A stretch of 64,000 nt of DNA from the human T2T-CHM13v2.0 reference genome, Homo sapiens (GCF_009914755.1 NC_060940.1); one strand, 5' to 3'; positions 14,592 through 28,365 are shown, numbered from the stretch's first letter. Made by a program: numbers and translations. The notes: generated by a model from the letters alone, not told the origin.

Positions 14592-15329
14592 GATGCTGAG
14601 AGAGTTTAAATATCTTACATGTGTGTTAAGGTGCAGCTTAAGAAAGACCTGAAGCCCATTTCCATACATGATGATCAGATCCTGGGGTGATAGAAGTGGT
14701 CTTTGATTTGTTACACTGCCCTGTATGTTCCCAGGACGGGGCTAGAAGTGAAGTGATAAAAGATGGACATCACATCCCCAGACAACCAGAAGGGCTCACT
14801 TGTTTTTCCCTGCCTTCTCCAGAGCACGTAACACAGGGAGAATGACAGGTGCTTCTCTGTACAGTCATAGGAAAATAAAGTTCATAGGGGCAGAATGGCC
14901 TTGGACCCGCGTTGACTGCCCTAAAGAACCTGACTAAGAATATCCTCTCCTCAGACAGGCCATGTCCTTGGTGGAGAATCACAGTCCTAGGTGCTGAAGG
15001 CCATGGAAGCTGCTCCTCCAGAGGGAAGAGTGCTGTGGAGTGTCTAGCCTAGTATAGCCACCACCATGTGGCTAAGTCCTTTATCTTTTACTTTAAAGTG
15101 ATTTGTGTTCTTTGCCTGGGTCTCTTCATATATCACTGTCAATCACTTTCTCCCTTTTGAAAAACATGCAGAGAATCACAAAATTAGTAAGTGGTAGATT
15201 GGTGCTTCAGAAATTCCAATTGCATATCCAATACCCTTCTACTCTCTGCTTAATATTTAAGGGATTTCTTTAATGCAAACATTATAAATCACACAATTGA
15301 CCCCAGCCAAAGTTTAAAATTGGAAAATT

Positions 15330-16435
15330 GTTTTGGAGTTCTGTTTCTGGTTAGGATGTGAATGATGCAAAGGACCACTATTTCTGAATGTAGCAACAAG
15401 GGGAAAAAAACCTACTTTTCTATAATGCTATGAAAGAGCAGTGGATGCAAAGAAACCTTAACGAGCTAAATTCCAGAAAGGGATGAGCAAAGAGCCACAG
15501 ATGCTTCCACACATATGGGCAAATGTCCAACCTGACTGTGGTTATGTGGGGAAGTAAACTTGTAATGGATGGAAGAGGAAGGGATGAGGAGAAACCAGCC
15601 AGGCTTTGACAGCAGTGTGAGTCAGCAAAAGAAAATGGAATCTGTAATTGCTCAAATGCAAACATAGTTTTTCAGATCAACACATCCCAATTCCTGGGCA
15701 TTTTTTCCTGAGAAAGTAGTAGAAATAGTTATGGAGGCAGGGCTAGAAGGTAGAATAAATTTTGGCCATTTCATGGTGCTCAGATCTCAGGGCCCTGCCA
15801 AAGTTGAATCTATAAGTGAATTGTAACAAACTAAGCTACCAATCAAAGTCTTTCAGGTTCATATCCTGGGAAGATCATAGGGCTTTATTTGCCCCTCAGT
15901 TGTAGCAATAGTAGTGAAGAAAATTGGGGGTTGGGGTTAAGGTTTAGTACAAACTGAGATCTCCTAAATCACATTGGAAATCAGGCATAAGTTCCAAGTA
16001 ACTGCAGCTGCAGTCCAGCCTTAATCCAATTCAAAGTAAGTAGAATGTAAAAGAACAGACTTCACATTGACTGTCTGATTGAAGAAAGTTCTTGTACACT
16101 GTGAGAAAAAAGAGAAGAAAGAAAGAAAAAGGTATTATTTCATTCTCAACTGTTCTTTAAAACACTATGACTGGGATATTTATAAGATATGTAAAGAGGT
16201 AGATATATTGACCTATAAAATAGAAGATAATTCAATAAAGACAGAACTACTAATGACTCACATAATGAAATTTGCTGACAAAGACTTGAAAACAACTGTT
16301 ATAAATATGTTAAAGAATTTAAATAAAAAGATGGGTTGGATGAGTTAAGAGATGGTGGATTTTATGAGGGACGTGTAAATGTAAAACAAAATTGAAATAA
16401 TCTAACTTAAAAAATTAATTTTTAAAAAATAATTG
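15330..16435 (+). mobile_element. Ancient L1M 5'/ORF1 remnant
   Basis: gctgacaaagacttgaaaacaactgttataaatatgttaaagaa; the ORF 16079-16348 segment (ADKDLKTTVINMLKNL) resembles old L1 ORF1p; 5' boundary uncertain. Confidence 0.6.
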
Positions 16436-16441
16436 AGTGCT

Positions 16442-16682
16442 TCTAGAGGCTACATTTCTTTTCCACCCAGACCTCTTTATGTGGGCCTCTCCACAGTGCT
16501 GCTTGGGCTTCCTTACAATATGATGGCAGTGTTCCAGGAGCAAGTGTCCCAGGAGACAGGAAGTAGAAGCTGCTAGTTTCTATTGTCAAGCAGCCACAGA
16601 ACCTAAGTATGAGGTTGGAGACATAAACCTCACTTCCCAATGGAAGAGTATCAAAGAATTAGGGGATCATTATTAAACCCAC
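16442..16682 (-). mobile_element. MLT1 (F/G-like) LTR fragment
   Basis: gtgggcctctccacagtgctgcttgggcttccttacaatatgatggc...aatggaagagtatcaaagaatt. Confidence 0.7.
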
Positions 16683-16685
16683 CTC

Positions 16686-17470
16686 AATAAAAGAATGGGT
16701 AAACAAACCTTGGTATACCAACACGGTGTATTTCTACTTAACAATAAAAAGGAGTGGAATACTAATACATACAACAACATGGAAGTATTTCAAAAACATT
16801 ATGTTTAGTGAGAGAAGGTAGAATCATAGGAGTAAACACTGAATCACTCAATTTATATGAGGTTCAGGAATAGTCAACACTAATTTATGGTGATAGAAGT
16901 CAGAAGAACAGTTGCCTCTGGGGGTTCAATGGACTGAAATGGGGCATGTGGAAACTGTGGAGGGATGAAATTTTCTCTACCTTTATTTGCATGTTGGTTT
17001 CATAGGTTTATACAAGTGTCAAAACTCATTAAACTGTACACTTAAGATATTTAACTTTTTCTGTACATAAATTAGACTGAGATAGAACTGATCAAAAAAA
17101 ATTATTGAAGCACAAGCACCTGTACTGGTTCTATACTGGATATTGATTTGGACAAACTAGCTATAAGAAACATAATTAGGACATTTGAGAACATTTCATT
17201 GTGTTTAGGTATGAGATAAAAATTTATTGATCTGTAAAGACCAAGATAGTCAACTGAAAAAGCATATTATAAATGTTTGCACAGTATGATCTTGTACTAC
17301 TAAAAATATTGCTTGCATATATTATAGGAAAAACGTAGGTAAATATGCTCTAAGAGCTTTTTTGTGGTAATCTCTGTCATGAGAATGTAATTTTTTATTT
17401 TGTATTTTTGCTTGCATGTATTTTCTAAGCTTGTAAAATGCCCAAGTACTGTTTTTATAATCATAAAAGT
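16686..17470 (+). mobile_element. L1ME-type 3' region fragments
   Basis: gaatgggtaaacaaac...atacatacaacaacatgg...tatggtgatagaagtcag...aaactcattaaactgtacacttaag. Confidence 0.75.
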
Positions 17471-17614
17471 TTATATGAATAACTTGCATTTCGTTTATGA
17501 AAACATAGTTGAAAAATCTTTTCTAAAACCCTGCTCCCCAAATATGCCATTTTTGTCAAGTGTGAATTCAATTAAAATGTATTATGTGCAGCATTTAAGA
17601 GAAGATTGAAAAAA

Positions 17615-17985
17615 GCATGGTAACAGGTAACCTTCCTTAGACACTTAACATGTGTTAATCACTGTGTTTTGTGCTTGCATTGAATTCTTGAAATAATCTT
17701 ATGAGAAAGGTATCATTACCACTCCCACTTGCAACTGAGGAGCCTAACACAGAAAACTAGCAAAAGGCTGAGTCCCCACTTGTCATCACTCAGTTTGTTA
17801 ATGCTACACGTACATCGTCTCCTTCATTTTCAAGGCACTATTATGAGATTGGAGATACTCAGAGAACCAAGGAGATAAAGAGTGGAATAATTTGCCCAAG
17901 GTCACACAGCCATCCAGTGGCATAGCCAGGATATGAAAACAAGTATGTCTGCTATTGACCAGCAAATGCTACACTGCATCCCTGG
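17615..17985 (-). mobile_element. MIR fragments (two)
   Basis: aataatttgcccaaggtcacacagc...gtggcatagccaggatatgaa MIR core. Confidence 0.65.
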
Positions 17986-18551
17986 CTTTATCAGTGGAAT
18001 GCAGTATCTTCAGCCCTAGCCGAGACTATAACTCTGTGCTTCCACTGCACAACTTATAAAATGCCCAGATAAGAAAACTGATATTTATAAAGTGTTATTT
18101 GAATGAAATGAGCCCATTCATTTCTTTATAATCTAGACCTAAAGCCTGATCACCAGAACATTGCAGGTTCGGAACATATTATCTTGGCCTGCTGCAAAAT
18201 TGCTTTCCCTGAGTTCAGCGTTCTGTTCTCAGTGCTTACTGAGGGATAAGTCAAGAAAACATTTCATGAATCCCATAAATGTGTTTGCAATAGAGAAGTC
18301 ATCAGAGAACATTTTGCCTTACCTCTCACTGTCCTATAGATAAGGTGAAGCTCCCGATGAGAACTATCTTTTAAAATTAGGTGCTGGGTAAAACTGCATT
18401 CCTTGAGAAATTCCCTTAGCATTTATTTTATTTTTTAGTTAAAAAACACTTAAATAGTGCTTACTTTGTGCCAGCCACTGTTCTAAATGCTTTACTAATA
18501 CTGGTATGTTTAATTTAATACTTGTAACATGCCATGAAAAATTTACTTCTC

Positions 18552-18843
18552 GGCCGGGCGCGGTGGCTCACGCCTGTAATCCCAGCACTTTGAGAGGCGG
18601 AGGTGGGCAGATCACGAGGTCAGGAGATCGAGACCATCCTGGCTAACACGGTGAAACCCCGTATCTACTAAAAAAAAAAAAAAAAAAAAAAATTAGCCAG
18701 GCGTGGTGGCGGGCGCCTGTAGTCCCAGCTACTCGGGAGGCTGAGGCAGGAGAATGGCGTGAACCTGGGAGGCGGAGCTTGCTTGAGCCGAGATCGCACC
18801 ACTCTGCACTCCAGCCTGGGCGACAGAACAGGACTCTGTCTCA

Positions 18844-18880
<37 letters not shown>

Positions 18881-18887
18881 GAAAAAA
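18552..18887 (+). mobile_element. AluY inserted within a MIR; pure-A linker and (GAAAA)n tail
   Basis: AluY diagnostics; TSD gaaaaatttacttctc / gaaaaaattacttctc; reverse MIR at about 18450-18550 continues at 18890-18965. Confidence 0.97.
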
Positions 18888-20075
18888 TTACTTCTCTCAT
18901 TTCCATTTGACATATAAGAAAACTGAGGCATAGGGTGGTTACTTAGTTTGCTCAAGATCATATAGTTTTTCTTTCTTTACTTAAACTTTTCTCTTTGCAA
19001 AGAAATGTGTTTTCTTTAATACTGTGCTTTCTAGGAGGTTCAGAGGCAGAATTTTTACCAACTCTTAACAGTTCTGTGGGACACTTTCACCTGTAAACAT
19101 GTACTTTGTTTTTCTTCGTAGTTCTGGTATTGCATTATATTTTGCATTGTTTTTGGTTCCTCAATGGATAGATACAGGCATAAAACCAAGAATGGAGCCA
19201 AAGATTGAGATATAGATGAAAGTACAATTATGTATGCAACTCCTGTATGTTAAGCCAATTACTTTGTAACAAGAAATCAAGAAAAAATGATGTCTGTATT
19301 TCATTAAACGTTTGATGTAAGTTCCAAATAAATCAAACTTTGAAACAAATATATAAATGGAATCAATCCAAATAAGAGATGATGTAGACAAGAGGGAGGA
19401 TAATGGTAATAGTTTTTTAATCTTTGGAGCAAAGTCAATGGGTTCAGAAAAAAAAGATGAAAGTATGTATGTACAGGAGTTTGTCATTGTACTGCCCAGA
19501 GCTTATCTTCTTTAAGTGTTTTTTCTCTTGTAGAAGCTAGAAAAGTGATAAATTTAACAAGGCACAGGAAGGCGTTCAGGAGCCCAACTACATAAACCAC
19601 TTGCTGGAACACAATAATACTAAGAAATACCAGTTCTTGTCTTTTGTTGTAGATAAGATGCTTCAGCAACACCAGCATTTTATTTGTAATCCTTCACAGC
19701 CAGTTCCGATTTAGTACTGAGGTGAGAGTCTAGGTTTGCAGCTGAACCAAAGCTACTTCACACAGTGAAGTATTTTCCCACTTTGTCTTTATAATATTCC
19801 TCTGTTAGAAAAGTGATAAGAACTGTTTTCACGAGCAATGGAGGGCTTCTGTGAAAATACACATCATTTTATTTGGACGTTATTTCTTTATCAAGAGGCT
19901 GGTTCACTGATTACTCTTCTAGAAGTCAGGCTAAAGATACTGTCAATATTGTCACATCAATTTAAGAGTCCAGCAGCCAGTGGAAACTTTCTCTGGTCTG
20001 AGGTATCACATATACAAGGCAACGTCTCCCCTGTGTGTGGGAAGGTGGTGAACTCTGTTTCTGGATATACCTGTA

Positions 20076-20408
20076 TGTGTTAGTTTGCTAGGGCTCCCCT
20101 AACGAGGTACCACAGACTGGGTAGTTTCACCAACAGAAATGTATCTTCTCGTGGTTCTGAGGCAGCAAGTCCTCCGAGGCCTCTTTCCTTGGCTTGTGGA
20201 TGGCTGTCTTTTCCCTGCCTGGCCACATGGCCTTTCCTCTGTGTCCCAATTTCCTTTTCATCAGTCAAACTGGATCAAAGCCCACCCTAATGACCTCATT
20301 TTAACTTAAATATCTCTTTGAAGACTCTGTCTCCAAGTAGAGAGACGTTCTGAGGTACTGGGAGTTAGAACTTCAACACAAGAATTTGGGAGGACACAGC
20401 CCACGACA
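20076..20408 (-). mobile_element. MaLR solo LTR (MLT1A0-like)
   Basis: tgtgttagtttgctagggct...cccaccctaatgacctcattttaactt...ctgaggtactggg. Confidence 0.87.
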
Positions 20409-20479
20409 CGGTGACATTTAAAGTCTCTCGGCATCTAATTGTATATATTAAATATGAGCAGTTTTTTGTATTTCAGTTA

Positions 20480-20972
<493 letters not shown>

Positions 20973-21010
20973 TTACAGCCATTTACATAGACTTTGGGAG
21001 AGAAGGACTT

Positions 21011-21273
21011 TGATATGGTTTGGCTCTGTTCCTCCACCCAAATTTCATGTTGACTTGTAATTCCCAATGTTGGGGGAGGGACCTGGTGGGAGGTGATTGG
21101 ATCATGGGGACAGACTTTCCCCACGGTGTTCTCATGATGGTAAGTTCCTGAGGCCTCCTCAGAAGCAGAAGCCTGTACAACCTGTAGAACCATGAACCAA
21201 TTAAACTTCTTTTCTTTATAAATTACCCATTCTCAGGTAGTTCTTTATAGCAGTGTGAGAATGAACTAACACA
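21011..21273 (+). mobile_element. MaLR solo LTR (THE1D/MSTA-like) with internal deletion
   Basis: tgatatggtttggctctg...gaactaacaca; perfect 5-bp TSD gactt at 21006-21010 and 21274-21278. Confidence 0.9.
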
Positions 21274-21298
21274 GACTTCAACTAAAGAATAAATTGGA

Positions 21299-21606
<308 letters not shown>

Positions 21607-22260
21607 CTAGCTCTTGTGTGACATAAATATGAAATGAGAAAATACCCCAGAGTAGAATTATAATATTAGGAATAAAAGTGACATTAATTTCTGAGGCCTC
21701 TGCTAAGTATGAAGAAAGAGCTCAAAGGGAAACAACAGGAGCCACTGCTCCCTAAGAAAAAAAAATTCCCGATTCTCTTAATGGGGGACAGAAATGTCAA
21801 AAATTGTATAGCTTCATTTTTACATCCCAAAATATGCTCCTAATAGAAACATAGTGCTAGTGTATATATTTTTCTCTAGTTATTATTGGTTCTATTAACA
21901 AAGGTTAGTATGCAACATATTTGCAAACATGCAGGACTACAAATAAAATCTTGTTTTCATACATCTAACTTAACCTTATAATTTTTCCTATTTTATTAAA
22001 AGATATTTTTCAAAAAAATAAAAAAGATGTTTTTCATCTAGCACATTATTCCTTTATCTGCTTTGTGATCATTATTCTTTCATAATTAATATCCAGCAAC
22101 CATTCCCCAAGATAAGTATTTCCTATTTTTCTTCTTAAAACATACTCAAAAAATCATCCCTTTCAAAATACATCCTTGTGATAGTTAATTTGATAGTATC
22201 CAAATGTAGTTGTAGGACATATGAATTTCCTATGTTCAATATGCCATACACTCATGGCTT

Positions 22261-22466
22261 GTTTTTTTTGCTTTTATTTTATTTCAATAGTTTTGGGGAA
22301 CAGGTGGGTTTTGGTTATATAGATAAGTTCTTCAGTGGTGATTTCTGAGATGTTGGTGTAGTTGTCTTTCAAGCAATGTGAACCATACCCTATATGTAGT
22401 CTTTTATCCCTCACCCTCCTCCCTCCCTTCCTCTAGAGTTCCCAAAGTCCATTGTATCATTCTTAC
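22261..22466 (-). mobile_element. L1PB-type 3' end, 5'-truncated
   Basis: caatagttttggggaacaggtgg...gtggtgatttctgaga...gtccattgtatcattctta; TSD core catggctt at 22253-22260 and 22473-22480. Confidence 0.85.
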
Positions 22467-22967
22467 CCTCACCATGGCTTTTCTGATAGATACATCATGT
22501 ACTAATTGACTGTGATCATTAATCTTTGTGTTCAATTTGGCATTACTGGTTTATTAAGGTACTGTACACATATATAAGCTAAGTGTGTCTGAAATAACAG
22601 AGAAGGTATTTAAAGGGCCACAACTGCTTGTTACAATGTAAATGTAGTATTACAAACACCTCAAATTTCCTGGGTGTAGAACCACTTAAGCACTCCAAGA
22701 TACCCTTGTTTCTGTCTATGATAAAGTGCCCACACTAAAACAATCAAAGCTTATGCCTGGTATCTGCATATAATCAATTACCAGGTTTTTCTTTAGCATT
22801 TTACACATGTGATCTGAATATTCCTGGTAACTAAGATAGGCATAAAAGGATGTTAAAGTGTGCAGATGCAAAATATTTCTGACCATCACATTTAGAATCT
22901 TCACCTATAAGATAATTTAGGAGAACCCTTCTTTTTACCATATTTTATTCCTGTTATTTATGTATTA

Positions 22968-23104
22968 GAAGAAGGGAGAGAGAGGAGGAGGAGGTAGAAC
23001 AGAAGCAAGAAGGGGTAGAGTGAGAGAAAGAGGAACAGGAGGAAGAGGAGGAGGAGGAGAGAAGGGGAGAAGAGGAGGAAGGGAAATAAGAGAAAGTGAG
23101 AGAA
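22968..23104 (+). repeat. GA-rich low-complexity polypurine tract
   Basis: Almost only G/A: gaagggagagagaggaggaggagg... Confidence 0.85.
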
Positions 23105-23163
23105 CAAACTTGAGATTTTCGTTCCAAATCTGGCTGAAAAACACAGATTTCTGGGCTCCCTAT

Positions 23164-23627
23164 TGTAAGGTAATGGATGTGCTTTGGTCAAGGATAGGCC
23201 GAGGTAGGATGTATACATCCTGTGTGATGCAGGGGGATTGGAATGTAGGCGCACAATTTCATGTATAATGTAAACACAGCTATGTAGCCATGACATGGGA
23301 ATGCCATCACTTGGCTCTATGCCACTATTGTCTGTAAAAGGCATAATTGCCCTGCTGGCACTGTACAGGCATGCTTGTGCCCAGAGAGAAAAAGAGTTAA
23401 GCCGATGACCCTGAAGGCAAGGGAGAGCCGGCTGCGCAGGCGTGCATGGGAGCAGCTGGAGCAAGCAGTCGAGACAGAGCAGACAGTGTAAGAGAGCTGC
23501 TGATGACAGAGCTGCTGAATAAAGCTGTGTTTCACCTACCTACGGCCCCCTGAGTGGTATCTGCCATTTCATCCACCCACTCCCCTTGGACCTCAGCATG
23601 GGCTGGAACCGTACCTTGACCCTAACA
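23164..23627 (+). mobile_element. ERVL solo LTR (LTR32/LTR18 family) inserted in a MER5-like element
   Basis: tgtaaggtaatggatgtgctttggtcaagg start, ccactattgtctgtaaaagg, gctgctgaataaa, ggacctcagcatgggctggaacc; MER5-like flanks (acacagatttctgggctcc / caggtggttctaat). Confidence 0.85.
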
Positions 23628-25467
23628 CATGTCAAGCCTATCAAATTAATACAAATCACTTCAGGTGGTTCTAATTGTCAGCAGGGTTGAGGATAAGTGG
23701 GTTAGAAAATCCTGAGATTGTTGAGGGTCAACCCTCCCGGGTCCTGCAAATGTTAGCGAGCTTGTCTGCTGGTGTTCTCACAACAGCCTTCAATGCCTCA
23801 TTCCTAAAGAATGGGGACTATGGGAATCTTAGACCCCATGGTAGGCCATTTGGGAGAATATTTTGGATCAGAGAGGGATTTCTGGTCTCCTAAAATTATA
23901 ATGAACTCAATGAGGATAAGAAATGTGTCTTTTCCAACTCTATCTCTGTTGCTCACCAGGATGCCTAGTGAGGAATTGGTGACAGTAAATGTATTGAATT
24001 TGATGCATTATTAGGCCATCTGTTTCCCCCTGTTTGCTGTGGGTCCTGCCCAAAGCTAAATCCAAGCAGAGAACGTACTTTTTTGAAAGTTTTCATGGCT
24101 AATAAGAAACCTGTGATGCAGGAATAAGTTTGAAAACAAATGTATCTACACTGTAGGAGCATTGGTTGAATTTGAACCCAGGAAATGACTATTTCTATTT
24201 TGCCTTTACTCAGACATACAAACCCAATTCCATTTTGGTGGGGTAATGGCGTTACAGGAGACTAGAGATCCAGAAATGTCAGATACAGGAAAACAGAAAA
24301 GTACAACTGCTTTATCAGCTTTTCTACCACTGACCCTGTGTGGGTAACAAGCAACGGCTAATACCCCAAATCCAGGATCACATACATCTTTTGGTAGAAT
24401 CAAGCAGGAAGTTTTTATAGCTTCAGATATATGGTTTGAAACAAAAACCTTTTCTGCTCAACTTTAATTAAAATAGAACAAATCTATCTGCAAGAGCGCT
24501 CTCGCAAAAACAAAAAGCAAATTTCACAAGGAAAGGTGGTAATCTTGAAATGGCATTTATTTGTTCAAAGAATAATTACATTTTATAGCCCAGCTCTATG
24601 AGGAATTCCAATATGATGCAAGTCTTTTAATATGTTTAAATAGAAAGATTCTTAATGCCATGACTAGTTTTTAATTGAGACCTTATTAAACACCCTATTG
24701 TGTAAATAGGAAACAATTTCAGTTTGAGTGTTTTCATTTGAGTGTTTTCATTTTCATTAAAGATATAGCAAATGGATTCACAGAAATTTTTGTACTTTAC
24801 TCAAGTAATTTTGGAGCCCCATACTTTGGTGCAAAAAATAATAAGGACTAGCCTTGCACAATATTCTTTGCACCTTGCAGTGTATGGCAAGACATCTGAT
24901 ATAGGGTTGAAGAGCATTATATTTTAGATAAGGTGGTGGACTGTATAAGCACATGGTTTCTGTAAATTTCATACCGCCTTGTTATTCTGGCACCTGCTGT
25001 TCAAAGAAAGAGGAAACCTGAAGGAAATAAAACTCAGCACAAAACAGCTGCATCTAAAGTGGAGACTGCTGGGATGCATGAGGAGGAGACACAAAGGGAA
25101 AGACAAGATGGTTTTAAGTGTTTCTTAAATGTGGGGAAAAAGTTTGTTTCCAATAGAGTATTATTATATTTAATTGAGAAAAAAATAAAGCGAAGGGAAA
25201 TTTGAGAGGAGAAAGAAAAGGTTTTGATTAATTGTAGCTCACAGACCCTTAGGGCTGGAATGGACTTTATAGAATCCCAGTCTTGTTGGGCAACTCAGGA
25301 AAGTAAGGCTCACAGAGGTATTTACGTACTAAACACCCACTTAATGAATAAAATGCCTGCTGCATTTATGTAGATATGATTTTTTTTTTAATTCCTGGAG
25401 GAAAGATGAAAGATCAGTATTCACAAAACATTTGAATGATTTTGAATGCTGAGCCCCCAAGTCTTCG

Positions 25468-25537
25468 CCACTGGGGAGAAAGACTGTCCTGTGGCCACAG
25501 CCCACTGGGGAGACAGACTTTGTCCTGTGGCCACAGC
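25468..25537. repeat. 34/36-bp tandem duplication
   Basis: ccactggggagaaagactgtcctgtggccacagc / ccactggggagacagactttgtcctgtggccacagc. Confidence 0.95.
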
Positions 25538-26675
25538 CCTGGTGCCAGAGAAATGGGACTCCTGGGTTCCTCAGAGGCTACACTGTCTCACTCATCACAC
25601 AGCTTACAGAGGTAGAATCTGAGGGCCTCGCTGGATACTAGAGATTCTTGCAGTATAGACTGGTAGTGAAAACCCTTCTGGAAATGTTTCTGAGAACAAG
25701 AGGTTGTAGTTTTAAGCCATGTATCCAGCATCCACCTATGACGTTGTGTTGAGTTCCTGGAATCTTCGGGATTCTACACCAGGGCAGCCAGGCGACTGAG
25801 AAGGACACAGCCTTCTTGTCAGAACACTCTGTGTTTCAATTTTACCTCTGCAAAGGACTATTCTTGTAACCACAAGTGGATACTGAACTCTCTGGATCTC
25901 TGTTTATTGCAGGGAAAAAGTAACATACAGCATATAAAATGCCAAGTGATGGCCTTTTCTGCCAAACACAGAGGAGTGGAACAATAAATTTGCATTAATT
26001 TCCCTCAAATTCCAGAAGATATTTCTTTGACTTAGTGCAGAATTTGAGAGAATAATTTTTTTTCTTGGTTACCTAATTTGCAAACTGGAATTAAGAACAT
26101 TCAAAATCCTCTCGGATCGCTCGTTAAAATGAGTGATGAGCAATTTCCTGGAAAACAATGAACATTAGCTATCAGTCACTCTATGAATAAGTTTTATTAT
26201 TGGCTCCACTAATTTTTTCATCCTTCTGTCTAAATACTGGTCCCAGTTTGAATGCTGTCTTTTCACTATGTAATGAGCTACGACAATTCACAATACCTGG
26301 ATGAAGAAAGAGGTGAGTGTGGTATGGACTGAGCTATAATATAGTTAGCCTGGAGATCAAAGTTCTGTGGTGGAGGGGAGGTTACTGTTTTTTAAAAAGG
26401 TGGTTATTCAGTGCAGCATGTTTTTATTCAGTGGGTTGATCCAGGTTTAATGTTCCAGGAGGAGAACATTTTAAAAAATCACACACAAAAAATTAGCAAG
26501 AGCCATAGACAGAAAAAAACAAGAAAAAATATTTAAAAAATGTTGCATGGAGTATAAGTTGTGTCAAATAAGAAGTATCACTTATAAATTCATTTATTAT
26601 TGTGAGTATTTAAAAAGAGATTCTAAGATTTCTTAATATTTCCACAGTTCCTTTCTACAGTATGATTAAAAAAAT

Positions 26676-28110
26676 ATTCATTCATTCATTCAGCTCCATT
26701 CATTGAACACCTACAATACAGCAGAAATGATTTTTCTGGACAACAAACAAAACTGGAGCTAATTTTCTAGTGGCGACGGGGAGATAGCAAACAAATGATG
26801 TGCTTCCAGGCACTGGTAAGTACTATGATGGCAGATTGAGAGCGGGTCTAGCAAGCAAGCAAGGGGCCTGGCCTGTTTGTGATAAGCTTGTCAGGTGTGG
26901 CCTCTTTGAGGAGGTGACAAGAAAGCAGAGATCCAAATTAAGCAAGAGAGGGAGCCATGTGGAGGTCTGGAGGAAGAGTATTACAGGTAAAAGAAACAGC
27001 AGAAAAAGACCTTTTTTGCAGATAGAAAGGAGCATGTCATGTACCCAGAACAACAAGAAGGCCAGGTGACCCAGAGATTGGAGAAGGTGAGAAAGGACCT
27101 TTCTCTATAGAATGAAGGATAGAATGATGCCCAGAGGAAATGGAGTTTATACTCAATGTTATAAGAAGCTGTGATGATTAATTTTGTGTGTCAACTTTGC
27201 TAGGCTTGGTGCCCAGTTGCTTGGTCAAACAGCAGTCTAGATGTTGCTGTGCAGGTATTTTTTTACATTTAAATCAGCAGACTTTGAGTAAAGAAGATTA
27301 CCTTCCATAATGTTGGTGAGCCTTATCCAATCATTTGAAGGCCATAAGAGAAAAGACAGAGGTCTCTCAAAGAGGAAGGAATTCTGCCTCCAGACTGCAT
27401 CATCGAAATTCTGCCTGAGTTTCCAGCCTTCAAACTCAAGACTACAAAATCTCTTGGCAGAATTTCCAGGCTGCTAGCCTGTCTTGTGGATTTTGGACTT
27501 GCCTGCCCCCACAATTGTGTGAGCCAATTCCTTAAAATAAATCTCTTTCTGCATATATACATCTGATTGGTTCTGTGTCTCTGAAGAATCCTGACTAATA
27601 TAAAAGCTATCAGAGTGATCAGAGCAGGGCATAATATGATCTGATTAACATTTTTAAATTATCACACAGATTGCTAGCAGGGATAACAGACTCTTGGTGA
27701 AAAGAAGGAAGTGGGAAAACCAGCTAGAAGACTGCTCCTGTCTCGTAGGTGTGACCTGGCAGTGGCCTGAATTTGATCAGAGGGTGTTGGATTTGAAGAA
27801 TATTTTGGAGGATTTTTAAACAAATCAGATGATGAATGTGAGAGAAACAGAAAAGTCAAGCCTTAAGCTTTGAGCTTGAGCAGCTATGTGAATGGTGTCC
27901 TCGTAATTAAGACACTTCTGGAAGCCTGGGCAAGGAGCAGGTGTGCAGAGGAGGAAAAGTAATCGGGGGTGGGGTGGGGAGGGATGTATTAAAGATCAAA
28001 GTTTTTGTTTTGAATGCATTAGTCTCATGTTGCCCATTAGCTGTCCAAATGGAGATGTCAGGTAGAATATGAGATGCAGGGACAAGGCTGGAGATCAGCA
28101 TCACTTAGGT
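26676..28110 (-). mobile_element. L2 LINE 3' region, split by an MLT2 LTR
   Basis: (ttca)n terminus, ggcctctttgaggaggtgac, gagccatgtggaggtctgg, ccaaatggagatgtcaggtag. Confidence 0.8.
27170..27602 (+). mobile_element. ERVL solo LTR (MLT2C/D-like)
   Basis: tgtgatgattaattttgtgtgtcaactt...ctgaagaatcctgactaata; TSD gaagc/aaagc. Confidence 0.9.
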
Positions 28111-28139
28111 GACCAGAGCATTGGTAAAAGTTGTACACT

Positions 28140-28365
28140 GACAGCTAAGAGCACAGTCTCTGGAAGCCAGACCATCTAGATTCAAATCTCAACTCTACTC
28201 TTCACAGATTGAACTTGATTGTCCTGGCCTTCTCATCTGAAAATTAAGGATGAAACTAAACATACCTAATTGAAGAGACATGAAGATTAAATTAGTTAAC
28301 ATATGTAAGCACTTAGGATGATGGCTGGATCCTAGAAAGTGTGATGTCAATGTTATCTATGATTA
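28140..28365 (+). mobile_element. MIR
   Basis: taagagcacagtctctggaagccagac...ttcaaatc...aacatatgtaagcacttag. Confidence 0.75.

Noticed and set aside
22958-23464. Longest ORF (168 aa, minus strand) with a hydrophobic tail
   Set aside because: Runs through an LTR, MER5 and a GA-rich low-complexity tract; the hydrophobicity comes from the repeat composition
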